DNA of 64,000 nucleotides from Leptogorgia sarmentosa (Eukaryota): NCBI GenBank assembly GCA_964658305.1, contig OZ210885.1, positions 620,001 to 684,000 of the forward strand, read 5' to 3'. Shown piece by piece: positions 25,797 to 37,900 of this stretch (position 1 is its first letter; each line of letters starts with the position of its first letter). The notes under the pieces were generated by a model. It saw only the letters and a program-made list of their open reading frames with translations, ran no database searches and was not told where the DNA came from. The position numbers and the translations under genes were made by a program.

Positions 25797-25804
25797 CTTT
25801 TATA
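25797..25804 (-). promoter_or_regulatory. TATA box of the six-cysteine peptide gene
   Basis: TATAAAAG on the minus strand about 90 nt upstream of the ATG, with an Inr-like TCAG about 25 nt downstream of it. Confidence 0.6.
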
Positions 25805-28800
25805 GCTAAATATTGTTACCCATAATTGATAATGTAAACCAACATAATTTAATTATTACTATGAAAAGAAATTTTTCCTGCGTTTTAATAAAAAAATAAA
25901 TTGCTGTTTACTTTTTTCATCCGAAAAAGCCGGCCGAAACTTTCGTCGATATTGAGCATGGCTAGATATCAATCTGTGGGACAAGACAAATTGTAGCATA
26001 TAATAACAGCAGGTCTCTTTGGTAGTGAGTAATTTGTAAGGCATTAAACATTGCATTGTTTTACAGTTGCTATCAGGGCTTCAACAATTTTTCGTTCATG
26101 AGAACAATACGACTAACATACGTACGCGTGCTCAAAATCATTATATAACCAGAGATTGTGGGACTAATCCACAGGCATATTAAGAAGCCGTGCGCTCGCC
26201 GGTCTTGCAACTCAACCTACATATGTACATATCGAGAGTTTCAGGCTTGAAGAAAATTGTGTCCGTGTATGTTATTGCGTTTTTTATTAAATTGAAAAGA
26301 AGAACCGTCAATCATAGAATGGACGTAAAGTAAAAATGATGAACGGGTTTTATTGTCCTATTAACCTAATTTGATTTTAATCACCCAGTTACCTTAACAA
26401 AGGACTGAATAATTAGAATAATTGAAAGTAAAAAGTAATACTATACGAATACATTTTATTATTGTTATGTCTGGTATAAAGTTCGTTCTTTATAAAAGTA
26501 CTGATATTTTTGTAGCTATGGTTTTAGGTACAATCAAACTAATTAAACAAACTTTATTATTTATACTGGATATATATATCTGTAATTGTGGTGCAATTTC
26601 TTGACTTTTCTCGTTGGCGCTTCAAAGTCGATGATTCTGAATCTGTTGCTATAGGAGGAAACTACACTTGGTCTAGCTATTTTTCAAATGCATCATCGCT
26701 CTATTGTGAATGTTAAATTGGATAAAAATTTAATCCTATAACATTCTCTTGCAAGAAGGCAATATGCTTGGTAACTGTGAATATGGAGTACTATTTCAAT
26801 ATTGAAAATAAATTCCTAATTAATACTTTGAATGAAATTTCATGACAACTCGTCGTTAAAATGGTAACCTTTAGCTGTGTAAGAATTAATTACCAAAGTG
26901 GCATTTTTTAAATAAATGGTCAAATACAAAATAGAAAATGCCCATATAACACTTCAAGCAAAAAGAGAAGACATTTGCAGTGGAAACTCGAAATCGCATT
27001 ATTATTTCTATGGAAATTAGGGGCAGGGCATTGACACTAACATCGACCGTTAGTTTTAAAAGTTGCATTACCTTTGTTATATATCCTCTATAGAGATGAA
27101 AACCAAATGTCGATAAAAATAGATCTCAATAATTAATGATTTGGAGATGATCATTAGTTGAATAAATATTTTCGGAGTGACAGGGTGGTCGCTTTGGCAA
27201 CGGTATAGAGCTAGCGCTGTTGTCAAAATTCAACCAAAATTCTCAAAATTCCTTAGCTATAGCGTTAACAAAAATTTCCCCTGCTTGCAATCAACGCGTT
27301 ATCAAAGTCCGATAGTCAAATTTCCATGAACAATTAGAAAAGTTCAGCTTTTTGTGTAACTTTATTTTTGAGTGATCTGTCTTCTACAAATGCAGCGATA
27401 GTTGAACTTGGCAATTGCAGTCAATGTAGCATGGTTGTAGTATGGTTACACTTGGCAACAGTTGGATATTGCAGTCATTTCCTGTCAGGCAAGTGACGGT
27501 TAGTCTTGATATAAAGATAATTTCCATGCATTGTAAATGTTTTTGCTCGTTTAATATTCATAGTCTTTTTGATATTTTACTGGTATGGCAAAACCTTGTA
27601 TCCACCACTTGTGCGTAGGAGATGTTGGAGTGTGCTTTTTGGCTTGGTCTCAGGATCCTATCTTATACATTTCTCTTCAGTTGTGTCCGCAAAAAGTAAT
27701 AGATGCGCCCAAATTAATAGACATTTGATTAATAGGCCTGTGTCGCGCGTTGTAAGCTGTTCAATTTGCTTTGTGAAATGTGAATTGCATGCTTTATTGA
27801 GTACGGATTCTTGGCAGGATGCGTCTATGTTGGGAAGTGATCAAAGTCTAAAACGCTGTCTACGAGTGCCTACCACAGTTTATGATAGATTTTCAATGTT
27901 AAAAGGTCCAAACTACGGTGAGAATGATTTGTATCACAATGAAATTCTCTTATTGGCTTGTTGTTCTACTTTAAACGAAATGAAACGTTAATGACATGAA
28001 GTGGTCCTGCAAGGCAAGGTAAAACAGCAAAATATTTTTTAATGACCAGAAAAGCTGTCGTCTTTCCTTTTAGCGAGTTATAGAATGTGCTCGGATTATC
28101 CAGCAACGTCGGTGAATTCGCAAATTAAAAGACGTTCACGCGCATGACCTGAAAAGAGAGCTTCAACCAATCAGAATCATTATTGGATCGTTTCATGCGT
28201 GGGTGCATGGGTCACGCCACGTACACTGAAACATACTATTAATGCTCGATGTACCGGCATTTTGTATTTTATTGTATTTGTATTTTTTGAACTATAGAAT
28301 ACCTCAACTAATTAGGTGCCTCACCCTAAACGTAATACTATAACCCTAACAATATAGCACTTAACATCGGGGGGTTTTCTATAGTCCTGCCTATTTTCTA
28401 TGACTTAATTTAAGTATCTTACAAAGGTGAACTTGCCCATTATCCGTATATACAAAGAAGTGGGCTATGCCCGCGACCCTTCTCAATAACACAGTATGCC
28501 CCGTTGAAAATACTGAACAAAACCTGCTGAATATACGAACATATTGAAAATGCTCGAAATAACTGGAAGTGAAAGTTTTCGTATCCTACAAAACATCTGT
28601 TGGCAATCAAGTGACACAGGAGCGAAGCAAGCGACATGAGACAAATTATAAATTATGTATTCCTACATTTATTTAATATTTTTAACGACGTTGCGTTGCG
28701 GAACCGTATGACTAAACAAATATATCATGCAGTTTTGTTGTTTCCATCATTTATACTTGTGAACGAGGTATAAATAATCATATGCTACCTCAAAAATTTA

Positions 28801-29969
28801 GCTACCACTAGTTTACACACAGGCTATTTCATCTATTGCAAAAAAATGTTAGTTACAAGATAAATTTGATCTCTCTAAACATTTCGTCAAATATGTGTTT
28901 TCTTTTATATAAAAAAAAATTGGCTACAGAATACAAACATATCCAAAAGTGATATTCTATATATTGTTTCGTTGGTAAGCGCTATATGGCGCTTATATAC
29001 GTCATCATTTGTGCAATTCAGCGCCCCTATAGCCTTTCCACCTCTGGAAATATTCAGAATTAGTAGCGCGCCATCCAAATAATTCACAAAAATGAAACTC
29101 ATAAAAATGCAATTACTTTTCTTCATTATATTCGCATGCATAATTATGTTTTGATGTTTGGGATAGTTCACGTTGATTTCAGTAGGGATATCAATTGCGG
29201 ACGTATCAAACAACTCAGCTCTGTTAAAGTTTTTTTCGACGTGTAGAAACGTTGAAAGTGAACTTCAGTACAAGGTATAACCAGCTGTTATTTTATGTCT
29301 TATTCAAGCAATATAACAGGGTGAACATGCATAATTTATCAACCGGCAGACTGTTCCTTTTCGTATTGATGTCATATTGCAAATGTAGGCTGTTTATTTC
29401 ACTCCAAATTTCAAAATATAGCTAGCTATCTATATTTGAAATCTGAAATTAGGCAAAATGCAGGTTTGTAAGAAATGCACTAAGTTGTCGTGTACATTAA
29501 TTAAATTCTATTTAAAAAAACGTAACATTAATAATAAATCAACTGGAATTGTGAATTTTATTAAAGTACATTTATTAACAACAAGTTTTTTTATTGAAGT
29601 GATGCTATTTTCATAGGAGGACGCGTTGGCAAAGGAACGTTTGAGGGAATAACTATAAACACCGCCTATATTGCAGGAGTTTAATGGTTCAATGATGAAA
29701 GGTTATAATTATAATTTATAATTTATATTGCTTTTAATGAACACAAAAGTACTGTAGATCAGTAGATGCTCATGTACTGTGATACACACACATGAAGATG
29801 CTCTCACGGTCTCACCAACAGTTACTCTGAAATGATAGATATAAAGTCAGCGCTAACATGCATGGTCTAGTCTTTCTAGACTAGAGTGTAAATATTTTCG
29901 AGGATTTTGATTTACGGAAGCCCTAAAGGTTTTTTTCACAAATAAAAGACTGTATATCCTTTGCTTATA

Positions 29970-30036
29970 CAGTCGAACCTCCATTAAGCGACCACCCTCG
30001 GCCGGGGAATGGGCAGGTTGCCGCTTAATGGAGGTG
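29970..30036 (+). mobile_element. Truncated pogo/Tigger-like terminus
   Basis: TA|CAGTCGAACCTCCATTAAGCG with internal inverted cgcttaatggaggt. Confidence 0.5.
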
Positions 30037-30926
30037 TGACAAAAATTGAAACAAATGTGGACCTGTGTTGTTTTAATTATTTGAAATTGGGGAGAAGGCG
30101 ATCGGATATTTCATTAATAGCTGGATTCATGCTCATTTCAGTCCGATTTTCCCCGCTATTTTCTTCGACCAATCGACCAAACAATAAATAAATGTAGAAT
30201 AATGTATTTTCATTGGTTAAGAGAAGCGAATGAAATTATCATATCCATTTGGTAAAGCACGTAAATTATATCACATTATGACGTCATTCGGTCGTACATG
30301 ACGTTACGTGACGTTAGACATTACGACGTCACACTAATTTGTCCGATGGAATGCAAATAAATAATAAACATTTATTGAATTCTGTTCTCCTACGATATGT
30401 TTAATTATTATTCACTTTATAATATTCTCAATTTTGATTGGTTGATTTACCTGCAGTGTTGCTATAATAGTCTGAGCATGCCCACTTTTTAAGTACGTGT
30501 TAATATTAATAGTCTGAGCATGCTCAGTTGGCAAGTCACGATATTTTGCTCGAACTCGCCCGTTAATTGATAATTTTTAGGCAGAGGTTCGATTTATCTG
30601 CTGACTGTTGATATCTTAGTTGATCGACCTCATTTAATAATTGTTATTAATCGATGATAATCTTTTAATCATTTTAATCCATATTAGTTCAGTAATGCCA
30701 ACACGGCCTCCAGCCAAAAAAAATATTTATGACTAGACACTCTCTTCAACTTTGGCACACGATATCGTGATTATTAGAACAGAGTTTTTGCAGCAAACAG
30801 AACTCAACTAGTTAATATCGATTGGAAAAAATTTTCACATACCATTTACAATAATTATAGTATTTTATTTATATCGGCATTTTGTTGATCTCTTGTAGAA
30901 CATCGAACGAAATTTGGAGCGTGAAA

Positions 30927-33516
30927 ATGCATTGGTTGCGGCATTGTTGTTTGTTTTTTTTCTCTATATTTTGCACAATCCTCTTAACTGGAAACGTTCA
31001 AACCGAACAAGAAACACAAAACATTGTTAATGTGTGTTACAACTCTAGCCTTGAAGGTAGGTTGACAATGTGATTTTGTACATTTAATAAAATTAATAAA
31101 ATTGCTATATAACATACTCCAAAACATTGCATTCAGCACTTATACCAAATTCGATTATGCAGTCATTATTAGATATTTTTTACTCCAAGGTTTCAGGCTG
31201 AATGCAACAGTTTTGAAGGCCACAGTCGTCTCTCAGTGGATAAATTGCATCATGGAATGTGCCACTGAACTGTGTTGTAGATCAATCAACTTCAAAAAGA
31301 CTTTCAAGAATGAATCAAATTGTGAAATGTTGCATGACGTGGTCCACAATACATCTGAAAATTTATTGAAAACAAACTTTTCTTATGATTACGTTTATCT
31401 GGTTAATCCACAAAAGGTAAGAACTTATATGAATGAATGATTTTTTTGCCATCACATATTATTAATAGTGTATTAAATATCATTATATGGCTATTCAAAA
31501 TTATCTATTCTGATTGGTTGACAAGCGGTCCGCAAAAACCCATATTCGGACCGTGGTCCGTATTTTCCGTATCATGGAACGGTGTCCCGGATGGCGTTTA
31601 TTATTTCAAACAACCAAATTGTTTTAGATTGAGCAAGTATGTCTACCGTATAATGTTACCCAGTGAAACTGGTGATAGCCGATTTAATTCGCGCGAAAAG
31701 CATATGCTGAAATTCAGCTCAACTCAATTCAGTTATATAATAAACAGTTTACAGTTTATTGACCTCACTTGTTCGGTTTGTAGTGTGAAATATCAGACCT
31801 CAGTTTTTTGCATTGACCTCGCTCCTTCGTTGCTCGATCCATACTAAAAAACCTCGGTCTGATATTTCACAGCTCAGACCTCATGATCACGCTCAGTCAA
31901 TAACCCGCCGCGCGCAGACGAGAGCTGATAGTCACTAGTGCCAGTTGGCGTGCATGCATAGGCAAAATCTCCCAAAATCTCAAACACTGCATTTTGCATA
32001 TTGCATTTTACTGGTCATTTGTTTATAACCATTTCTATTATTATTGCAGATTGTACTTCTAAATTTGCATATAGTTTTTACGTTCAATTTGTGACGTCCA
32101 TCCTCTCCATATTTTTGGAGATTATCACCACCCTGAATCATTTTTGAGATTACATTTTATCACTACATCGAATAGTTTTTCTTTTCAGATATACAATGTA
32201 AGCTGCTTACCGAAATTATCAGAAAACCATTGGAAAGGTATTATTTATGAAACAGAAAAAGCAAACGAAAACAATATGGCTACTGCAGAAAACTCGCGTT
32301 TTGCTGAGGCTTCTGAAGAATTTTCTTGATATAAATAATTCTGGGCATAGAGTGTATACTAAAACAATTAGACAACTCGGCCTCGTTGTCTATGAGCGAA
32401 TAGTGAACTCGGACTTTGTCCTCGTTGACTATTCGCTCATAGACAACTCGGCCTCGACCGCCTCGTTGTCTAATTGTTAAATAGAAACACACACGAAAGT
32501 TTGGGAGAAACGAGTCCCTGACAACACGAGCATGATGTGCGAGTGTTTCCACTCAATTTCGAGTTTGTCACAAACTTGCACAAGTGTTTGTATAACCTCT
32601 TATAACCAAATAAATTATAATAAATTTATTGATTTTAGTTGCATTCATTCGAAGATTCATTTTCTTTTTTAATCTCCCGCGCAATCCACGCAACACGCTT
32701 AATTAATTAAAACTGAATTCTCGTGTTTCTATAGTGTTATATAGAAACACGGGTTTTTGAGCTCTTACTTAATCAACGCCCGTGTTGTTTTTCCTGCAAC
32801 CTGATTGGTCGAAAAAGCCCTACTCTCAGGCGATGTTCAGTCGTTACACTGGGTGATGATTATGCCATTTTTTTTCAAGAAGTGGCCTACCATATAACTG
32901 TGTCTTCAATATTTGTAATTTAAGAATGTAACCAACCATCCCAACTTGGAATGGAAAGTGGTGAAATTAAAGATTCGCAAATTTCAGCCTCATCGCAATG
33001 GGACAACAACCACGCTCCACAAAATGGCAGACTAAACTTTAGACGACACGGTAAAGCTGACGCCTGGGTTTCAAAGGCTAATGATCATGCTACTTCGTGG
33101 TTGCAGGTGGATTTCCAAAACCCTGCTGTAATAACCAAGGTACTGACACAAGGACGAGGTGACAATAATTTGCATTCTCAATGGGTGACAGCTTTCACTC
33201 TGTCGTATAGTAATGACGGTGATGAATTTCAACAGTACAATGAGAATGGAAAACCAAAGGTAAAACAACATAAGGCTGCGTGCTTCTATACTATAGTCAA
33301 TGCTGCTGATAGCCGTAAAGCCGTTTGTTGTCATTTGTTAACTCATTGATTCCCTTATTCGGCTTGCAGGTGTTTCCAGGGAACATGGATAGTAACACAA
33401 TTATTTATAACGATTTAGTCCCCGTTATTATCACAGAAAAGATCAAGATACATCCGACATCTTGGAATAACCACCCGGCGCTCAGAGTTGATTTCATGGG
33501 CTGTTTAAGAGGTTAA
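30927..33516 (+). CDS. Secreted PAN/apple + coagulation factor 5/8 type C (discoidin) domain protein, ~295 aa, 5 exons
   Basis: Exons 30927-31056 (MHWLRHCCLFFFSIFCTILLTG..), 31190-31416 (PAN), 32189-32237, 32925-33259 (LGMESGEIKDSQISASS..GRLN..WLQVDF..TQGRG..WVTAFTLSYS), 33370-33516 (VFPGNMD..IHPTSWNNHPALRVDFMGC). Sum 888 nt; all introns GT-AG and in phase. Confidence 0.9.
31485..31905. mobile_element. Hairpin-containing dispersed repeat in an intron; related copy at 40668-40810
   Basis: gacctcacttgttcggtttgtagtgtgaaatatcagacc...ggtctgatatttcacag matches gacctcgcttgttcggtctgtactgtaaaatatcag...ctgatattttcacagtacagacctc. Confidence 0.6.
32360..32580. repeat. Two adjacent hairpin-type dispersed repeat fragments
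   Basis: aacaattagacaac..gttgtctatgagcgaatagt / actattcgctcatagacaac..gttgtctaattgtt, followed by a second imperfect inverted repeat. Confidence 0.55.
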
Positions 33517-33526
33517 TAATGATCAG

Positions 33527-33765
33527 GGGCCGGTTGTACGAAGCCCGTTTAACCTAAACGGCGGATAAGCTGAGAAATAAAAACAAGTCTATTCATTCAT
33601 TGAATAACAAAACTGAAAGTTTTCAACATGAATGTAACAACTATGACTGCCACTGCGTATTTAGTGCATGGAATTTAAATTTATACGTTTGCCAGAATTG
33701 TGAGAGTGTTATTAAATTTTGGCTTATCCACCGTTTAGGCTAAACGGGCTTCGTACAACCGACCC
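33527..33765. mobile_element. PIF/Harbinger-like MITE
   Basis: 44-bp TIRs GGGCCGGTTGTACGAAGCCCG.. with 3 mismatches, and 3-bp CAG duplication (33524-33526 and 33766-33768). Confidence 0.8.
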
Positions 33766-34259
33766 CAGCAGTATAAAGGTATTTTGCTGACAAGGTCATA
33801 ATAATCATGAACATTTAAGAACTAAAAGTAATTTTCAAATGACCAGTATTGAAAACGTTGAAAGCTTTTGAACTCAGAACTGGTATCTCAACGCTTTTGT
33901 GTTTTTGTATCTGCGAACGCAGATACTATGCTATCACCCTGTTAGCTGTTAGCTTCTAGCCAATCAGCGACGAGCTTTTGCTTATAATTACGTAATGCAA
34001 GATGGCGGCGTTCGAGGAGTGAAGGCGATGTTCGATTTAAGCAAACAATCTTGACTTTGCAGGTCCGTGTCAATGTGCAGTTGTAATTTAACAAAGGATT
34101 TGAAACGGCAGCGTGCTGTTTTATCGGCGTTTCGATTTGTAATTTGAAAATGCGTACAGAGCACACTGTCCAGATGGCCGACCCATGAACGGTTTTGTCA
34201 CAGCACGCTATATAAAAACTGGATACATTCTGTTGAAGTAGCCTGTTCGCAGGTTAAAT

Positions 34260-34528
34260 CATAGGCAGCCCAGTGATCTGGGGTTTTATTATGTTAACTA
34301 AGGTTGAATAGGGCTATTACATCATCCTTAGTTGTTTATATGCGTGCGCCGACAATACGGTCACTCGCGTATGTAATTAATAGTTATATAGTCAATTATT
34401 ATAACTATTAATTACATACGCGAGTGACCGTATTGTCGGCGCACGCATATAAACAACTAAGGATGATGAAATAGCCCTATTCAACCTTAGTTAACATAAT
34501 AAAACCCCAGATCACTGGGCTGCCTATG
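34260..34528. mobile_element. Fully palindromic MITE (129-bp arms, 11-nt loop); P-superfamily-like or MULE-like
   Basis: CATAGGCAGCCCAG...CTGGGCTGCCTATG with one arm mismatch. Flanked by direct repeat GTTAAAT (7 bp), or GGTTAAATC (9 bp) if the termini are shifted by 1 nt. Confidence 0.9.
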
Positions 34529-34918
34529 GTTAAATCTAATCATATTCAAGATGGCGGTCAAAATTGAAATAAGGCCAAAACGATATAATTAAATAATTTA
34601 ATGACATTTACATGTAATATTAGGTAATCCCACGATATTCAGTATAAAGCCATAGTTTTATACATATTGGAGGCACAAAGAAATTTTTTTCCCAAGGAAT
34701 TTCCTCGTATTTTTCACGAGAGAGTCGAAGGAGGAAGGTGAGAAATGCTGTATATGAGAACAGTCAACACTAACTAAACATCGCATATTTAATAAGACAG
34801 CATGCTGATTTAGGAAATCTGTTTGAGTATAGTTCTAGGTTTTAATGTTTTGTGCGTTAGGCTGTTAGCTTTGGGGTTCGATTAGTTTCATATTTAGGGT
34901 TAGCTTTAGTTTATGTTC

Positions 34919-37900
34919 ATTTATTGCTTGCAAACCAATACTTTAGCGGCAGATTTAAGCGCAACCTAGACTTTTTAGCATGTCCGATTGCGCTTTCCGA
35001 CGACTCATCCGTCAGTTCTGCTTCACCATTCGCAGATAAATGTGCGCTTTGCGAACCTATTTTTTCAACATCCCAGACATTGTAAAAGTGTTAAAAAGCA
35101 AGAATAGTCAAGGAAGAACCGAAAACAATTTTTTTGAGTGAAGAAAACCGAAAATAATTTTGTCAAGCGCATTGCGCATGCGCGTACGTCCAAAATTTGT
35201 TCTCTTCGTTGTTTTCAACATCCCAGACATTGTGAAAGCGTTAAAAAGCAAGAATAGTCAAGGAAGTTGAGATAGTTAAGTGAAAAAAACCGAAAAGAAT
35301 TCGTCAAGTGCTCTACCATCCGCACAGAACGAGTCTGGTAGATCGCCAGTAGGGACTTACTAAGGCAACCGGAACGCATCGGGGATGCCCGCTATATCTT
35401 GACTGGTACAAATGCATGACTTTGACATTCAGGAACACTCAGAGATTTATTGCCTGCAAACCAATACTTTAGCGGCAGATTTAAGCGCAACCTAGACTTT
35501 TTAGCATGTCCGATTGCGCTTTCCGACGACTCATCCGTCAGTTTTGCTTCACCATTCGCAGATAAATGTGCGCTTTGCGAACCTATTTTTTCAACATCCC
35601 AGACATTGTGAAAGTGTTAAAAAGCAAGGATAGTCAAGGAAGAACCGAAAACAATTTTTTTGAGTGAAGAAAACCGAAAATAATTTTGTCAAGCGCACTG
35701 CGCATGCGCGTACGTCAAAATTTGTTCTCTTCGTTGTTTTCAACATCCCAGACATTGTGAAAGCGTTAAAAAGCAAGAATAGTCAAGGAAGTTGAGATAG
35801 TTAAGTGAAAAAACCCGAAAAGAATTCGTCAAGTGCCCTACCATCCGCACAGAACGAGTCTGGTAGATCGCCAGTAGGGACTTACTAAGGCAACCGGAAC
35901 GCATCGGGGATGCCCGCTATATCTTGACTGGTACAAATGCATGACTTTGACATTCAGGAACACTCAGAGAGCAGGGAGATGCAGATCGGCCCCTAGACCA
36001 TATGTGATAAGCACCTTGTCCTTTAGCGAAAGGCAATGTCGTAGCATGAGAACCAATAAGCTATATTCCGGATTTGTATTTAACTACGTCACACTCTTGT
36101 GGCGTGGTTGTTGTGGGACTCGTTTGGTGAATTTCATTGCGCATGCGCGTACGTCAAAATTTGTTTTCTTCGTTTTTTCTTCGTTTTTTCAACATCCCAG
36201 ACATTGTGAAAGTGTTAAAAAGCGAGGATAGTCAAGGAAGAACCGAAAACAATTTTTTTGAGTGAGGAAAACCGAAAATAATTTTGTCAAGCGCATTGCG
36301 CATGCGCGTACGTCAAAATTTGTTCTCTTCGTTGTTTTCAGCATCCCAGACATTGTGAAAGCGTTAAAAAGCAAGAATAGTCAAGGAAGTTGAGATAGTT
36401 AAGTGAAAAAAACCGAAAAGAATTCGTCAAGTGCCCTACCATCGGCACAGAACGAGTCTGGTAGATCGCCAGTAGGGACTTACTAAGGCAACCGGAACGC
36501 ATCGGGGATGCCCGCTATATCTTGACTGGTACAAATGCATGACTTTGACATTCAGGAACACTCAGAGAGCAGGGAGATGCAGATCGGCCCCTAGACCATA
36601 TGTGATAAGCACCTTGTCCTTTAGCGAAAGGCAATGTCGTAGCATGAGAACCAATAAGCTATATTCCGGATTTGTATTTAACTACGTCACACTCTTGTGG
36701 CGTGGTTGTTGTGGGACTCGTTTGGTGAATTTCATTGCGCATGCGCGTACGTCAAAATTTGTTTTCTTCGTTTTTTCTTCGTTTTTTCAACATCCCAGAC
36801 ATTGTGAAAGTGTTAAAAAGCAAGGATAGTCAAGGAAGAACCGAAAACAATTATTTTGAGTGAAGAAAACCTAAATTATTTTGTCAAGCGCACTGCGCAT
36901 GCGCGTACGTCAAAATTTGTTCTCTTCGTTGTTTTCAACATCCCAGACATTGTGAAAGCGTTAAAAAGCAAGAATAGTCAAGGAAGTTGAGATAGTTAAG
37001 TGAAAAAAACCGAAAAGAATTCGTCAAGTGCCCTACCATCCGCACAGAACGAGTCTGGTAGATCGCCAGTAGGGACTTACTAAGGCAACCGGAACGCATC
37101 GGGGATGCCCGCTCTATCTTGACTGGTACAAATGCATGACTTTGACATTCAGGAACACTCAGAGAGCAGGGAGATGCAGATCGGCCCCTAGACCATATGT
37201 GATAAGCACCTTGTCCTTTAGCGAAAGGCAATGTCGTAGCATGAGAACCAATAAGCTATATTCCGGATTTGTATTTAACTACGTCACTCTCTTGTGGCGT
37301 GGTTGTTGTGGGACTCGTTTGGTGAATTTCATTGCGCATGCGCGTACATCAAAATTTGTTCTCTTCGTTGTTTTCAACATGCCAGACATTGTGGAAGCGT
37401 TAAAAAGCAAGAATAGTCAAGGAAGTTGAGATAGTTAAGTGAAAAAAACCGAAAAGAATTCGTCAAGTGCCCTACCATCCGCACAGAACGAGTCTGGTAG
37501 ATCGCCAGTAGGGACTTACTAAGGCAACCGGAACGCATCGGGGATGCCCGCTCTATCTTGACTGGTACAAATGCATGACTTTGACATTCAGGAACACTCA
37601 GAGAGCAGGGAGATGCAGATCGGCCCCTAGACCATATGTGATAAGCACCTTGTCCTTTAGCGAAAGGCAATGTCGTAGCATGAGAACCAATAAGCTATAT
37701 TCCGGATTTGTATTTAACTACGTCACTCTCTTGTGGCGTGGTTGTTGTGGGACTCGTTTGGTGAATTTCATTGCGCATGCGCGTACATCAAAATTTGTTC
37801 TCTTCGTTGTTTTCAACATGCCAGACATTGTGGAAGCGTTAAAAAGCAAGAATAGTCAAGGAAGTTGAGATAGTTAAGTGAAAAAAACCGAAAAGAATTC

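Noticed and set aside
26555..27090. Exon-like pieces on the minus strand (16-nt micro-exon near 27071-27086; terminal exon near 26650 followed by AATAAA)
   Set aside because: Splice signals look plausible, but I found no start exon or meaningful product.
27569..27991. 140-aa ORF, or a possible decayed LINE reverse transcriptase on the minus strand
   Set aside because: Only a faint frameshifted QIEQLQRAT-like motif amid multiple stops; not supportable.
29090..29280. Signal-peptide-like MKLIKMQLLFFIIFACIIMF and a downstream exon-like segment
   Set aside because: Immediate in-frame stops and no consistent splice path.
34855..34912. Telomere-like TTAGGG
   Set aside because: Only one exact unit among degenerate ones.
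34985..35025. Hammerhead ribozyme (retrozyme) in module X, minus strand ctgacggatgagtcgtcggaaa
   Set aside because: Does not match CUGANGA-stemII-GAAA, and I could not build the flanking stems; an Infernal scan would be decisive.
35120..35140. Sm-site-like AATTTTTTTGA suggesting an snRNA or SL-RNA array
   Set aside because: No snRNA sequence similarity and no leader donor site; T-runs are common here.
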